Numbered from the stretch's first letter, positions 1 through 10,372 are shown. The stretch is 34,968 bases of DNA from an uncultured Prevotella sp. (GCA_938023885.1 CALJCU010000110.1:1-34968), one strand, 5' to 3'. Notes: generated by a model from the letters alone, not told the origin. Numbers and translations: made by a program.

Positions 1-432
1 CGCAACTATGCTATGATGAACGAGTACTACTTCCATACAATGCACCACGAGTTCACGCACATCCTCAACCAGAAGAAAGCCTTCAGCGACAGCTATCAGC
101 TCATCACCGAGAGCGGATACGTCAGCGGTAACTGGTACCAGAAGGGCAGCTACGCCGCCCATCGGGCAGGCTTTGTCACGCCCTACGCCATGAGTGAGCC
201 GAATGAGGACTTTGCAGAGATGATGTCGGTCTATGTCACCGGCTCTCCGGCACAGTGGCAGGCTATCATTGATGAATCAGGCACCAAAGGCGCTGCACTC
301 CTCAACCAGAAGCTCACGATGATACGCAGCTACATGAAGAACTCATGGGGGCTTGACATCGACAAGCTGCGCGACATCGTACAGCGCCGCGCAGGAGAGA
401 TCAGCACGCTCGACCTGGGGACTTTGAACTAA
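1..432 (+). CDS. Putative zinc-binding metallopeptidase / substrate-import-associated zinc metallohydrolase (5' part outside window)
   Basis: Frame is open from base 1. It has the HExxH motif HHEFTH and a downstream 'GFVTPYAMSEPNEDFAE' segment typical of this Bacteroidetes family, and it lies upstream of a DUF4302-like gene as expected. Confidence 0.8.
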   Translation, partial: RNYAMMNEYYFHTMHHEFTHILNQKKAFSDSYQLITESGYVSGNWYQKGSYAAHRAGFVTPYAMSEPNEDFAEMMSVYVTGSPAQWQAIIDESGTKGAALLNQKLTMIRSYMKNSWGLDIDKLRDIVQRRAGEISTLDLGTLN

Positions 433-480
433 GGCACAACTATTATTATAACAACACAACTATAATAATACGATTTCATT

Positions 481-1791
481 ATGAAAAAGATAAATAATAT
501 TATACTCATCAGCGCAGCCGTACTCGGCCTCTCGTCCTGCTCCCTGCACGACGACACCGAGCTCTTCAGTGAACCTGCGGCTGAGCGTGTCGAGAAGAGC
601 GTGGCCGCCGACAAGACGCTCCTCGAGTCGGCCTCCAACGGTTGGGAGCTGCACCTCTGGACAGGCAAGAACTACAGCGCCGGCGGATACACATATCTCA
701 TGAAGTTCGCCAACAACAAGGTGACCGTGAGCAGCGACATCGCCTCTCCCGACAGGAAGACAACCTCCAGCTATGATGTCATCGCCGATCAGGGTCCCGT
801 GCTGACGGTCAACACCTTCAACGAAATATTCCACCTTCTTGCACAGCCTTCGATGGACGACGACGATGGTGAACAGATGGACTATGAGTTCGTCATCACA
901 CGCACGACCAACGACTCCATCTGCCTCCGCGGAAAGAAATGGGGCAACCACATGGTTATGACCCGTATTCCCGACAACACATCCTGGGCTGACGAGATCT
1001 CGAAGATAAAAAACATGGAAAGCAGCATGATGGTGAGCTACAAGCTCATGGACGGCACCGACACCCTCGGCGACATCAAGCTCAGCAACGGCCGCATGCT
1101 CACCTACACCCGGAAGGACGGCAACTATTCCAACATCCCTTACTACGTCTCCACGACGGGAATCGTGCTTGCCCAGCCGCTCACTGCCAACGACAAGACA
1201 GTGCAGAACCTTGACTACGATGCCAACAGCATGTCGCTCACCTCACGCGATGCGGGTGCCAAAGGACTGACGTTCGCCGTTGACCTTCCAAAGGACTGGA
1301 TGGCTTACAACGACTTTGCCGGCGACTACACCATGACGACCAACTGGGGTACCAGGAAGGTGATACTCCGCCTCGTGCCTGCCGGCGACGGTTCCACCTA
1401 TCTCCTGAGAGGCATGAACCCCAACTACGACATCGTACTGACCTACAGCCGTGCAACGGGCAGGCTGAGCATGAACACGCAGAAGCTCTGCGACGTCGGC
1501 GGCAACCAGCTGTGGCTCTGCTCCTGGAACGCTTTCGGCAAAGGTTATTTCACGTGGTCGACGGATGCCGGTATGACCCTCTCACGCGACACAAGCAAGG
1601 AAGGCACCGTACTGAAGTTAGCCTCCAACGATTACACAGGTCTCACTACCGACTCATACATTCTCATGTTCTTCTCCGGTACACCGAGCAGCAGCACGAG
1701 AGTAGGCAGCGCAAAGGGTCAGTCAGACTATTATATGGCTTGCGGCGACTATCGCCTCCTAGGACCTCAGGCAATGACAAAAGTTAAATAA
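481..1791 (+). CDS. DUF4302-like lipoprotein
   Basis: Lipoprotein signal (…LGLSSC). N-terminal 'LFSEPAAERV…LLESASNGW…GGYTYLMKF' pattern and synteny with the zinc hydrolase and BACON genes. Confidence 0.75.
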   Translation: MKKINNIILISAAVLGLSSCSLHDDTELFSEPAAERVEKSVAADKTLLESASNGWELHLWTGKNYSAGGYTYLMKFANNKVTVSSDIASPDRKTTSSYDVIADQGPVLTVNTFNEIFHLLAQPSMDDDDGEQMDYEFVITRTTNDSICLRGKKWGNHMVMTRIPDNTSWADEISKIKNMESSMMVSYKLMDGTDTLGDIKLSNGRMLTYTRKDGNYSNIPYYVSTTGIVLAQPLTANDKTVQNLDYDANSMSLTSRDAGAKGLTFAVDLPKDWMAYNDFAGDYTMTTNWGTRKVILRLVPAGDGSTYLLRGMNPNYDIVLTYSRATGRLSMNTQKLCDVGGNQLWLCSWNAFGKGYFTWSTDAGMTLSRDTSKEGTVLKLASNDYTGLTTDSYILMFFSGTPSSSTRVGSAKGQSDYYMACGDYRLLGPQAMTKVK

Positions 1792-1803
1792 CCGCTCTGC
1801 ATC

Positions 1804-2922
1804 ATGAAAAACATCAAGACAATCATATTGGCTGCATGCGCCGTGACGCTTGCCCTGGCCTCCTGCAGGGACGACAACGACACGACAGCACAGCACATCA
1901 GCGTCATTTCGGTGACATCTACCTCCTTCGAGGCTACCGGCGGTACCGACACCATCGTTGTGGACCGCTCCATAGCCTCTGCCTACACCAACGCGGCATG
2001 GGCGACGGTGACAACCGGCAACGCCTCCAACACCGTCTATGTCACGGCGGCAACCAACAACAGTAAGGAGTCGCGTCACGGCATCGTCGTCATCAAGTCG
2101 GCTCCCGCCGATTCTACCATCGTCGACATCGACCAGCTCGGTTCGGTGTTTTCCACATCGCTGCCCAAGTCGCTGGTGCTCAATGACGACGCTCAGACGA
2201 AGAGCTACAGCCTCTCGGCAACGGGTACGTCCACGATCACAAGTTCTGCCGACTGGCTCACAGCCGCCATCGACAACAGTACCATCAGCCTCACGGCTAC
2301 CGCCAACAACACCGGCGCACCCCGTACGGCTACCGTCACGATCAATAGCGGGAGCGGGACCTACACTTCCACCGTCACGCAGGCGGAGTTCAGCAAGGAG
2401 TATGCCGGCGGCTACTATCTGCTCGACGGCGACAGCCTCGCTGCAGGTAAGATGGCAGGAACAAAGGTGGAGCTGAAAGAAGTTTCCGGCAAGAAGGTCC
2501 TCTTCTTCGCCTAGCTCAACGCCACACTGCCTGTGACATGGAACGATGCCACATCCACGCTGACCATCGCCGGTGGAACATCCATGGGTACACTCGCCGT
2601 GGGCAAATCCACCTATTATCTCTTTGCCGACCTCATGGCTACAGACGGCTATCTCTATTGGGACAAGACCATCACCTATTCGGCAAAACTCACCTACAAC
2701 GAGAAAGCCAAGGCCATCGTGAGCAACTTTGTTGACGACGGCACCATCTCGTCCGACGTGAAGGTCAACGGTCTGAGCATCGACTCCTTCAAGGCGAAAG
2801 AGCTGTCAGGCGACAACTATGCCGGCCCTCTCATCTCCTTCGGCAACCCCGTACTCTACAAGGTACCGGCAGGCGAAGGAGCGAAGAAGCTCATCCGTGC
2901 AAAGGTAAGACTGAAGAAATAA
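1804..2922 (+). pseudogene. BACON-domain lipoprotein interrupted by an in-frame TAG at 2512-2514
   Basis: Signal …LALASC and two BACON-like repeats (AAWATV…AATNNSKESRHG; ADWLTA…ATANNTGAPRTATVT). ORFs 1804-2514 and 2533-2922 are in the same frame, reading FFA*LNATLPVTW. Confidence 0.7.
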
Positions 2923-2954
2923 AAAGTTTTGCATGCGGGGACCGAACGCAACCA

Positions 2955-3839
2955 TCATATCAGCACCTTGATCTTCTTGTACTGTGCCCTATACTCTCCC
3001 GGCGTGCAACCTTTCAGGCGCCGGAAGGTACGGTTGAAGTTACTCATGTTGTTGTAACCACAGAGGAAACAGATCTCACTGATGCTCTCCTCAGAGTCGA
3101 CAAGCATGCGGGTGGCATAACCCATACGGATATCAGTGATATAACCGGACAGGGTACGGCCGGTATGCTGACGGAAGAAACGGCTGAAGGACGTGCGGCT
3201 CATATTGGCAAGTGCCGCCACATCCTTGAGTTTTATCTCGTGCTGATAGTTGTGGCTGATATACTCCTTGACCTTCAGCACGCGCTTACTGTCGTCCTGC
3301 ACCCTGACCTTGGCGTAGCTTGTCGTGGCGAGGGTGTAGGCTTTCTCACTCAGCGAGAGCGAGTGAAGGATCTCAATGAGCTGCATCGTAGCCCGGAAAG
3401 GATCCTGCAACTTGGCAATGGTGTCGAGCTTGTCGTACACCTTCGCGATATCGTTCTTCGGAAAAGCGAGACCTTTCTTCGCCCGCCGGAGCATATTATA
3501 GATGGTACGGAAAGGGGCATGGTCAAAGAAACTGCCCTCACCGAAACCAAAGTCAAACTGGATGGTTATCTCCCGGATGTCGTCACTATGGCACGCCCCC
3601 TGCTCCCAGGCATGCTCAAGCTCATAACTCGTGATAAGGGCAAGGTCGAAATCGCCTATCACCTCGTTGCTGTCACCCACGATACGCCGGGCACCGGCAG
3701 CATTCTCCACAAAGTTAAGTTCTGCACACTCATGCCGGTGCACGGGATAGTCGAACTCTTTCTTATGCCGTTCGACGATATAGATTCCGTCCTTGCCCTG
3801 CAAAGGCGTAATCTCATGCAATATCTGGTATTCACCCAT
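2955..3839 (-). CDS. AraC-family transcriptional regulator with N-terminal cupin-like domain
   Basis: N-terminal 'FDYPVHRHECAELNFV' cupin-like motif and C-terminal double HTH 'SFSRFFRQHTG…EICFLCGYNNMSNFNRTFRRLKGCTPGEYR'. Confidence 0.92.
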   Translation of the reverse strand: MGEYQILHEITPLQGKDGIYIVERHKKEFDYPVHRHECAELNFVENAAGARRIVGDSNEVIGDFDLALITSYELEHAWEQGACHSDDIREITIQFDFGFGEGSFFDHAPFRTIYNMLRRAKKGLAFPKNDIAKVYDKLDTIAKLQDPFRATMQLIEILHSLSLSEKAYTLATTSYAKVRVQDDSKRVLKVKEYISHNYQHEIKLKDVAALANMSRTSFSRFFRQHTGRTLSGYITDIRMGYATRMLVDSEESISEICFLCGYNNMSNFNRTFRRLKGCTPGEYRAQYKKIKVLI

Positions 3840-3867
3840 AGCTTATATCTTCCAAAGCTTATATCTT

Positions 3868-5073
3868 CTAAAAGTCACGTTCCATCAACTCCAGACACAT
3901 ACGCGTATTGTGATACGGACATTTCCAGAAGCCGGCCTTGTCATCGCTGAGGTTCAGCGTTCCGTCGCCGAGCACAGCCCAGTGCCACTCACCGTTTTCG
4001 TGATCCACGAGATGCCCGTCGATATACTGCCAACACCGCTCAGCGATACGCAGGGCATCCTTGTCGCCGAAATGCTGATAGAGGTTGACATGCCCGATGA
4101 CACACTCGCACTCTACCCACCACTGACGCTGACGGTCGTAGCGCCCCGTGTCTTTCCTGTGCTCGTAGATCATCGATCCGTCAGGCTGCAAGCCTTCGTC
4201 GGCAGCGTGGGCAATGTTTCTCACAACTGATTCCGACTCATGGGTAAGGGTCTTGTCGTCGAGGACGAGGAGCGCCTCGTGGAGCAGCCAGCTCGCCTCG
4301 ATGTCGTGACCGAAGCTCTCGATGTTGCGTTTGCCTTTCCACTCACCGTCGAAAAAGAGGTCGAGGTGAGCCGTGCTATAGTTGAACAACGGTCCCGTAA
4401 AGATGCCGATGAGGTTGCGCACGCGTGGCGCTACCTCCTGGGCGAGACTGTTATCGCCGAGCTCACGGGCGGCACGGAGCAGATTTGTGTATGGCTCAAG
4501 GATATGGAGATGGGTGTTCATCGTGCGACTGCCGTTCTCATCCTTGTCGGAGAGGCGCATGTCGGCAAGAGGTCTCCACTCGCGTGTCAGAGCTTCGATA
4601 TAACCGTTATGCTTTTTGTCGAAGGCGTGCGCTTCGATGTCACGGAAAAGAGATGCCGCCTGGGCAAGCGCCTCACGGGAGTCTGTGGCGCGCGCGTATT
4701 CGGCAAGCCCATAGATGGAAAAGCCGATGGCATAGGTCTGCTTCTTTGTATCGAGGGCGTTGCCGTGGCAGTCTACACTCCAGAAGACGCCACCGAAGTC
4801 GGGGTCGAGGAAATGGCGGCAGACGTAGGCGTAGGCGTTTTGCGCGGCAGCGAGATACTCCGGCTTGCGCAGCACACGGTAAGCGGCTGCGAAAGCCCAG
4901 AGGATACGGGCATTGAGCACCGCACCGCGCTCTGCCTCAGGGTGGACTTGGTCGTGACCGTCGACGCGGCCGTAGAAGCCGCCGGCGGGGTCCTGTACCT
5001 TATTGATCCAATAAGGCAGGATATTCGCTTCAAGGCATTGCTGCACTTGGTGTTTGAGTTCAAGAGCTGTCAT
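3868..5073 (-). CDS. Cellobiose/mannobiose 2-epimerase (AGE family)
   Basis: Motifs 'NARILW', 'MNTHLHILE', 'SFGHDIEASWLL', 'WKCPYHN'. True start is likely ATG 5073 (MTALELK…), because the longer ORF overlaps the MFS gene. Confidence 0.92.
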   Translation of the reverse strand: MTALELKHQVQQCLEANILPYWINKVQDPAGGFYGRVDGHDQVHPEAERGAVLNARILWAFAAAYRVLRKPEYLAAAQNAYAYVCRHFLDPDFGGVFWSVDCHGNALDTKKQTYAIGFSIYGLAEYARATDSREALAQAASLFRDIEAHAFDKKHNGYIEALTREWRPLADMRLSDKDENGSRTMNTHLHILEPYTNLLRAARELGDNSLAQEVAPRVRNLIGIFTGPLFNYSTAHLDLFFDGEWKGKRNIESFGHDIEASWLLHEALLVLDDKTLTHESESVVRNIAHAADEGLQPDGSMIYEHRKDTGRYDRQRQWWVECECVIGHVNLYQHFGDKDALRIAERCWQYIDGHLVDHENGEWHWAVLGDGTLNLSDDKAGFWKCPYHNTRMCLELMERDF

Positions 5074-5096
5074 TCCGTTTGCAGATATAGTAACTT

Positions 5097-6443
5097 TTAT
5101 TTTTTTATCGGGTACAGCATCACCAGCCCCATCATGACGAGCGCGAAGAGGGCGGGGAAGAGGGAGAAGAGGGCCCATACCATCGTCAGCACGGAACTCG
5201 TGATAGAGGCCGGATCAATCGTCGGGTTACTGAACCGGTCGGTGATCATGTGTGCACCGGCAAGGCCGAGGAACATAGCAATAAGTGAACCGGAGATGGC
5301 GGTACCGAACTTCTGTGCCATCGTGCCGGAGGAGAAGATCAGTCCGGTAGAAGATGTACCGTTCTTCTGCGTGGCATAATCGGCAACATCAGCATATATC
5401 GACCACAGCAGCGGTGAATAGATACCCACACCAACAGAGGTAAGGATCGACACACCGATCATAACCCATATATATGCTGGCTTCATCGGGATGAAGAAGA
5501 ACAGGACGGACGTGACAAAGCAGATGAAAGCCGCGAAGAGGAATGTCTTGCGCTTCGAGCCAAGCCAACGGGTACACAGCGGTGACAGGCCTCCGAAGAT
5601 CATACATGTCACCTCACCAAAGGCCATGAACACGGTATAGTTGATGATCAGTTTGCCGACAGTAATGTCGCCTCCCATGCAGTAAGAGAACATGTATCCC
5701 GCCACAGCGTAACGGAAACCATTGAAGAAGTTGGTACACACGGCTGTGAGCGTCATCATGATCCATGGCTTGTTCTTCACCAGGTCAACAAACTGCTTGC
5801 CGGAAAACTTCTCAGCACGGATAGGCTTCAGACGCTCCTTCGTCAGCAAACCGCAGCAGAGGGTGCCGGCAGCTGCAAGGGTGCCAAAAAAACAACCGAG
5901 CACAGCATACTGGTACTGGTCTGTACCCCCGACAATCTTTTGCAGATAAGGGAACGAGAGGAGAGTGATGAACCCCATGGCGTAGGCGCCGACCATACGG
6001 AAGGCGGAGAACTGATTCTTCTCGTTGTCGTCATCCGTCATCACGCCGAGGAGGGAGCCATACGGCACATTGACGAGTGAATAGACGATCATCATCACGA
6101 TATAGAAGAAATAGGCATAGACGCGCTTCCCTACCGGCCCAAGGGCCGGGGTGTAGAGAAGCAATGCGAAAATAATGCCTAAAGGAACAGATCCAAAAAT
6201 GACCCATGGCCTGTAGGTACCCCAGCGGCTCTGCGTACGGTCCGAGATGACACCAATAACCGGATCGATAAACACGTCGATAAGACGTGCTACAAGCATC
6301 AGGACGGCGGCATCATAGAAGGTCAGGCCAAAGACATTGGTGAAGAACAACGGAAAGGCTATCGACATGATCTTCCATGTGATGCCACCTGCGGCAGCGT
6401 CACCCATGGCATAGCCAATCTTCTCAGACAGCTTAATTTTCAT
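5097..6443 (-). CDS. GPH-family (MFS) sugar:cation symporter, likely mannobiose uptake
   Basis: 'EKIGYAMGD', 'DPVIGVISDRTQSRWGTYRPW' and many hydrophobic segments. Sits between the GH130 and epimerase genes as in Bacteroides mannan operons. Confidence 0.9.
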   Translation of the reverse strand: MKIKLSEKIGYAMGDAAAGGITWKIMSIAFPLFFTNVFGLTFYDAAVLMLVARLIDVFIDPVIGVISDRTQSRWGTYRPWVIFGSVPLGIIFALLLYTPALGPVGKRVYAYFFYIVMMIVYSLVNVPYGSLLGVMTDDDNEKNQFSAFRMVGAYAMGFITLLSFPYLQKIVGGTDQYQYAVLGCFFGTLAAAGTLCCGLLTKERLKPIRAEKFSGKQFVDLVKNKPWIMMTLTAVCTNFFNGFRYAVAGYMFSYCMGGDITVGKLIINYTVFMAFGEVTCMIFGGLSPLCTRWLGSKRKTFLFAAFICFVTSVLFFFIPMKPAYIWVMIGVSILTSVGVGIYSPLLWSIYADVADYATQKNGTSSTGLIFSSGTMAQKFGTAISGSLIAMFLGLAGAHMITDRFSNPTIDPASITSSVLTMVWALFSLFPALFALVMMGLVMLYPIKK

Positions 6444-6523
6444 GGTTTTAATTTACAGTATATCGTTTCCTTATTAAAGGATAACACCAGAAAGGCAAAA
6501 TTATTGCGCAAGATACACATTCG

Positions 6524-7693
6524 CTAAAGAAGTACTTGCTTGTTCTTGGCGATAAGTTTCTTCACCGTCTCCACGCTCTTGCCCGTTGCGAAGCCGTCGG
6601 CAGGCGTGTTCATGCAATAGTCCACAAGACGGCCGATGGTACTCGTTGCCACATGCATGCGTGTGTCGGAGGAAGCATAATAGATAAAGACACGGCCGTC
6701 GGGATCGGCAATCCATCCATTGGAAAACACGACATTCATCACGTCACCGATATATTCCTCGCCTTGCGGCACGAGGAAGTAACCACCGGGCCGGGCAATG
6801 ACACGGGTCGGGTCGTCGAGAGCCGTCATATACATATAAAGGACATAACGCAAGCCGGAAGCGCAGCCACGCACGCCGTGGGCGAGATGGATCCATCCCG
6901 CAGGTGTCTTAATGGGATGCGGCCCCTCGCCGTTCTTCACCTCCATGATGGTGTGGTAGTGGCGGAGATTGATGATCTTCTCCTCTTTGACCTCAGCGTG
7001 CATGATGTCGTCGACGAGTGCCCAGCCGATGCCGCCACCGCTACCGGCATCGATAAAACCATCCTGCGGGCGGGTATAGAAAGCGTACCTGCCGTCGACA
7101 AACTCCGGGTGGAGTACAACATTACGCTGCTGGCTCTTCGATTTGAGGTCTGGCAGGCGGTCCCAGTGAATGAGGTCTTTCGTGCGGGCAATACCTGCCG
7201 TAGCGGTAGCTGCAGAGAGGTCACCGGGCTGTGAGTCGTCGTGACGCTCAGCGCAAAATACGCCGTAGATCCAGCCGTCCTCGTGGGCTGTGAGGCGCAT
7301 GTCGTAGATGTTCGTGGCGGGGATGGTGTCCTCGGGCATTGTGACGGGCTCGGGCCAGAAACGGAAGTTGTCGATGCCGTTGGGGCTCTCTGCCACTGCG
7401 AAGAAGCTCTTTCGGTCGGCACCCTCGACACGTACGACGAGGCAGTACTTGCCCTTCCATTTGATGGCGCCGCTGTTCAGTGTGGCGTTCATCATGATAC
7501 GCTGCATGAGGAACGGGTTGTCCTGCTCGCAGAAGTCATAGCGCCACTCCAAAGGTGTATGCTCAGCAGTGAGTACAGGATACTTGTAACGTGTGTAGAT
7601 ACCGTTACCCCATTCTTCGGGCACGTTCTTTCTTGTCAACAGATCCTCGTGATGCGCACGCAGGATCTTCACTTTATCTGCAAATGATGTCAT
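6524..7693 (-). CDS. mgp: 4-O-beta-D-mannosyl-D-glucose phosphorylase (GH130)
   Basis: 'GNGIYTRYKYPVLTAEHTPLEWRYD', 'VRVEGADRKSFFAVAES', 'YTRPQDGFID', 'GDVMNVVFSNGW' match Bacteroides MGP; operon context agrees. Confidence 0.92.
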   Translation of the reverse strand: MTSFADKVKILRAHHEDLLTRKNVPEEWGNGIYTRYKYPVLTAEHTPLEWRYDFCEQDNPFLMQRIMMNATLNSGAIKWKGKYCLVVRVEGADRKSFFAVAESPNGIDNFRFWPEPVTMPEDTIPATNIYDMRLTAHEDGWIYGVFCAERHDDSQPGDLSAATATAGIARTKDLIHWDRLPDLKSKSQQRNVVLHPEFVDGRYAFYTRPQDGFIDAGSGGGIGWALVDDIMHAEVKEEKIINLRHYHTIMEVKNGEGPHPIKTPAGWIHLAHGVRGCASGLRYVLYMYMTALDDPTRVIARPGGYFLVPQGEEYIGDVMNVVFSNGWIADPDGRVFIYYASSDTRMHVATSTIGRLVDYCMNTPADGFATGKSVETVKKLIAKNKQVLL

Positions 7694-7776
7694 AGTAAAA
7701 TTATTATCATAGCCCTTTCACTCTTCAGGATGAGGCGACTATAAGTCTCAAGGGCGTTATGTGGTACTGTTTCTCT

Positions 7777-8841
7777 TTAGCGGGTCCTGACGATGTCCTT
7801 GAGCGTCAGCATCTCTCTGCTGTCGGCGAAGCACTTGAAGTCTGCCGCCGACAGCGCGCCTTTGTAGGGTACGTAGAGTTCCCTGGGGTTGTCCCACGCA
7901 TTGCGCCAGAAAAGGACGTAAGAGATGCGGTAGTCCTTCAGCACCGGCAGGAGCGTGTGGGTAAACCACAGACTGTCGGGCAACTTCTGCGCGCCGGTCT
8001 CGGTGAGCGCGGCGAGTTTCTTATGCTCCGCCGCCGTCTTCACCAATCGGTCGAGTTCAAAGCGCAGGCTCTTCTGGTAAGTCGCCTTATCGTTGTTGAA
8101 GTCGTAGAGGTCGAAGCCCATGAGATCGACATATTCGTCACCGGGATAGAACCGGAGCAGATCGGCGTCGCCCGCATTCGGCGAGAACGCCCAGACGATA
8201 TTGTTGAGTTTGTATTGTTTCGTCAGGATGTCGTGAGTGTAACGGTAGAGCTGCCTGTACTCTTCCGGTGTGCAGCTCTTCGCTCCCCACCAGAACCAGC
8301 CGCCGCCCATCTCGTGCCAGGGACGGAAGATGATAGGGATGCGCCTGCCTCTGTTGTCTCTCATAGAGCCTAAGAAAGTAGCCACGCGCCCGAGCCACGT
8401 ACGGAACAGCTGGTTCTTACTGCCCCCGGGAAGGACAGCCTTGACAGGAGTGCCCGACGGATCCCATGCGCTTTTATCGGTCACGGGGTTATCGGGGTGC
8501 CAGCTCATCTCCACGATGCCGCCGCGTGCATGCTGCTTCTCGGCCTCCTGGCGCAGCAGGTCAAACGGCACGTTGTCGAGGCTCCTCTCGTTGCCCAGTT
8601 CGAGATGGCCTAACTCAAAGCCCATCACAGCAGGCCAGTCGCCTGCAGTTTCGAGCACATCGCTCCGGCCCGACTGCCATTTCCAGTCGTGGCCGTAGAG
8701 CGGATCATCCTGATGCCCAATCATGATGCCTTTGTTCTCTATCTTCGCCAGCCGCCGGATGAGCTGTCTCGCGGGACTGGCGGCTGTAGCGGTGAGGCTT
8801 AATATCAACATCGCCAGAGAGATTATTGATGTCTTCTTCAT
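7777..8841 (-). CDS. GH26 beta-mannanase / mannobiohydrolase, secreted
   Basis: Signal peptide; 'GHQDD', acid/base motif 'FRPWHEMGGGWFWWG', 'YPGDEYVD', nucleophile 'LTETG', 'FWRN'. Confidence 0.92.
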   Translation of the reverse strand: MKKTSIISLAMLILSLTATAASPARQLIRRLAKIENKGIMIGHQDDPLYGHDWKWQSGRSDVLETAGDWPAVMGFELGHLELGNERSLDNVPFDLLRQEAEKQHARGGIVEMSWHPDNPVTDKSAWDPSGTPVKAVLPGGSKNQLFRTWLGRVATFLGSMRDNRGRRIPIIFRPWHEMGGGWFWWGAKSCTPEEYRQLYRYTHDILTKQYKLNNIVWAFSPNAGDADLLRFYPGDEYVDLMGFDLYDFNNDKATYQKSLRFELDRLVKTAAEHKKLAALTETGAQKLPDSLWFTHTLLPVLKDYRISYVLFWRNAWDNPRELYVPYKGALSAADFKCFADSREMLTLKDIVRTR

Positions 8842-8871
8842 GCTTATGGTTTGCTTTTCAGATGCTTTGGT

Positions 8872-10179
8872 TTATTCTTTAATCTTTAGCGCATGCGTAA
8901 TAAACGCCTGCCACTCGTCCCACTGCTCCTGATACCAGTAATGTCCGGTCTGCTGATAGACACTGAGTGTCTTCTTTGCGGGATAGATGTTATACAGTCC
9001 GTAGGATGATGTCGGGGGTACCACCTCATCGTTATAGCCGAAGGAGAACCAGGCAGGTACAGTGCAACGACGGGCGAAGTTGACACCGTCGTAGTAGCGG
9101 ACACCCTCCACGTCTTTTTCCGTAAATGTCTTCTTATAAAAATAATGCGGCCATCCGCCGGCGACATTGTGGCACTCCGCCTCATAGTCGCACATCGCAT
9201 CATGGACGGCTGCGAGAAAAGTCACTCTTTTGTCGAGGGCCGCCACGGCAAGCGAGAGGAAACCGCCCTGCGAGGCGCCCGTGACACCGAGCGTCTTACC
9301 GTCCCATTCAGGCAATGAGGCGATATAGTCGAAGGCACGCACGGCACCCGTCACCACTCTGCGGTAATAGTTCTTCTCAGGCGAGGCGATATTCACATCC
9401 CAGTAGTTGTTGAGCGCACCTCCGAGAAGGATGTCATACACTTTCTGCTCCATCGTCACGGGTATTCCGTGGATACCGATCTCCAGAACGATACACTTGC
9501 CGGGGGCGGTGTAGGTGTCACCTGAATAAGGGCGCACGCCGGCACCGGGCACACGCAACAGTGCAGGATAAGAACCTGCTCTCACAGGCACCCTGAGGAT
9601 GCCATAGATACGTGAGGCATACGAACCGTTGCAGAAACTGACCTCGTAGACGTTGTCCTGCCCGGTGCAGCGCTCAGGCAGCAGACGGCGGGTAGGGTTC
9701 AGTCCCACGGTGCGCGCGTCCTGAAGCGCCTTGCTCCAGAAAGCATCGAATTCCTTGGCATCCTTACACATCGGCCGTACTTTCTCGGGTGAGAATGCGG
9801 CGGTGCACAGCCCGGCATAGTCCTTGCCACCGACATGCGCCGTGACCTTCACACGGTAGAAGCCAGGCGTAGAGAGGCTGCCTTTGAGTCGCATCGTACC
9901 GTCCTTCAGCGCCACGCCTTTCTTCTTAATGTTCGGATACATCACCGGACCGGCCTCATAGTCGACTGACACATTATTATAATATAATGTACCTGAGCGA
10001 AGCACGTTGACGGTGAACGTCGCCGTCTCACCCGTGCGATAGTTCCAGTCGGCATGGTCAGGCGTCACGGTAACTGTTATGTTATTTCCGCGAATCTGCG
10101 CACATACAGACACACTCATGCCCAACAAGAGGCATGACAGAAATAAAACGTGAGAGATAATATTTCCCGATGTTTTCAT
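8872..10179 (-). CDS. CE7 acetyl esterase (acetylxylan/acetylmannan esterase family)
   Basis: Nucleophile motif 'GASQGG', 'FDAFW', 'DEVVPP' and 'GH'. Signal peptide follows ATG 10179. Confidence 0.85.
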   Translation of the reverse strand: MKTSGNIISHVLFLSCLLLGMSVSVCAQIRGNNITVTVTPDHADWNYRTGETATFTVNVLRSGTLYYNNVSVDYEAGPVMYPNIKKKGVALKDGTMRLKGSLSTPGFYRVKVTAHVGGKDYAGLCTAAFSPEKVRPMCKDAKEFDAFWSKALQDARTVGLNPTRRLLPERCTGQDNVYEVSFCNGSYASRIYGILRVPVRAGSYPALLRVPGAGVRPYSGDTYTAPGKCIVLEIGIHGIPVTMEQKVYDILLGGALNNYWDVNIASPEKNYYRRVVTGAVRAFDYIASLPEWDGKTLGVTGASQGGFLSLAVAALDKRVTFLAAVHDAMCDYEAECHNVAGGWPHYFYKKTFTEKDVEGVRYYDGVNFARRCTVPAWFSFGYNDEVVPPTSSYGLYNIYPAKKTLSVYQQTGHYWYQEQWDEWQAFITHALKIKE

Positions 10180-10211
10180 TGTTTTTAAGTGCAATGGTTT
10201 GAAATCTGGTG

Positions 10212-10273
10212 CAAAGTTAAAGATAATATTGTTACCACAATGATACTATATTAGCATATTCTTGTACTATTGG
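10212..10273 (-). promoter_or_regulatory. Leftward promoter (-7 box TAACTTTG, 10219-10212) with 21-bp-period direct-repeat operator
   Basis: Minus strand reads AATAGTACAAG (from 10271) and TATAGTATCAT (from 10250), the latter 31 bp before the -7 box. Confidence 0.75.
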
Positions 10274-10310
10274 ACAAATATTGAGAGCAATACATTTTCA
10301 TTCAAAGTAT

Positions 10311-10341
10311 TTTGGAAGTATAAATAAATTCACTATCTTTG
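10311..10341 (+). promoter_or_regulatory. Bacteroidetes sigma-A promoter for the TA-like module
   Basis: TTTG at 10311-10314 and TATCTTTG at 10334-10341, with a 19-bp spacer. Confidence 0.7.
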
Positions 10342-10372
10342 CATAGTAGAATCCTATAAAGTATACTTCATC

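Noticed and set aside
3840..3868. 13-bp direct repeat AGCTTATATCTTC x2 between the epimerase stop and the AraC start
   Set aside because: Only two copies in a short spacer with no promoter; most likely a local duplication with no evident function.
5074..5178. N-terminal extensions in the ORF track (epimerase; also 19466, 24579, 29857, 30341)
   Set aside because: They overlap upstream genes or precede clear signal peptides; the downstream ATGs were used instead.
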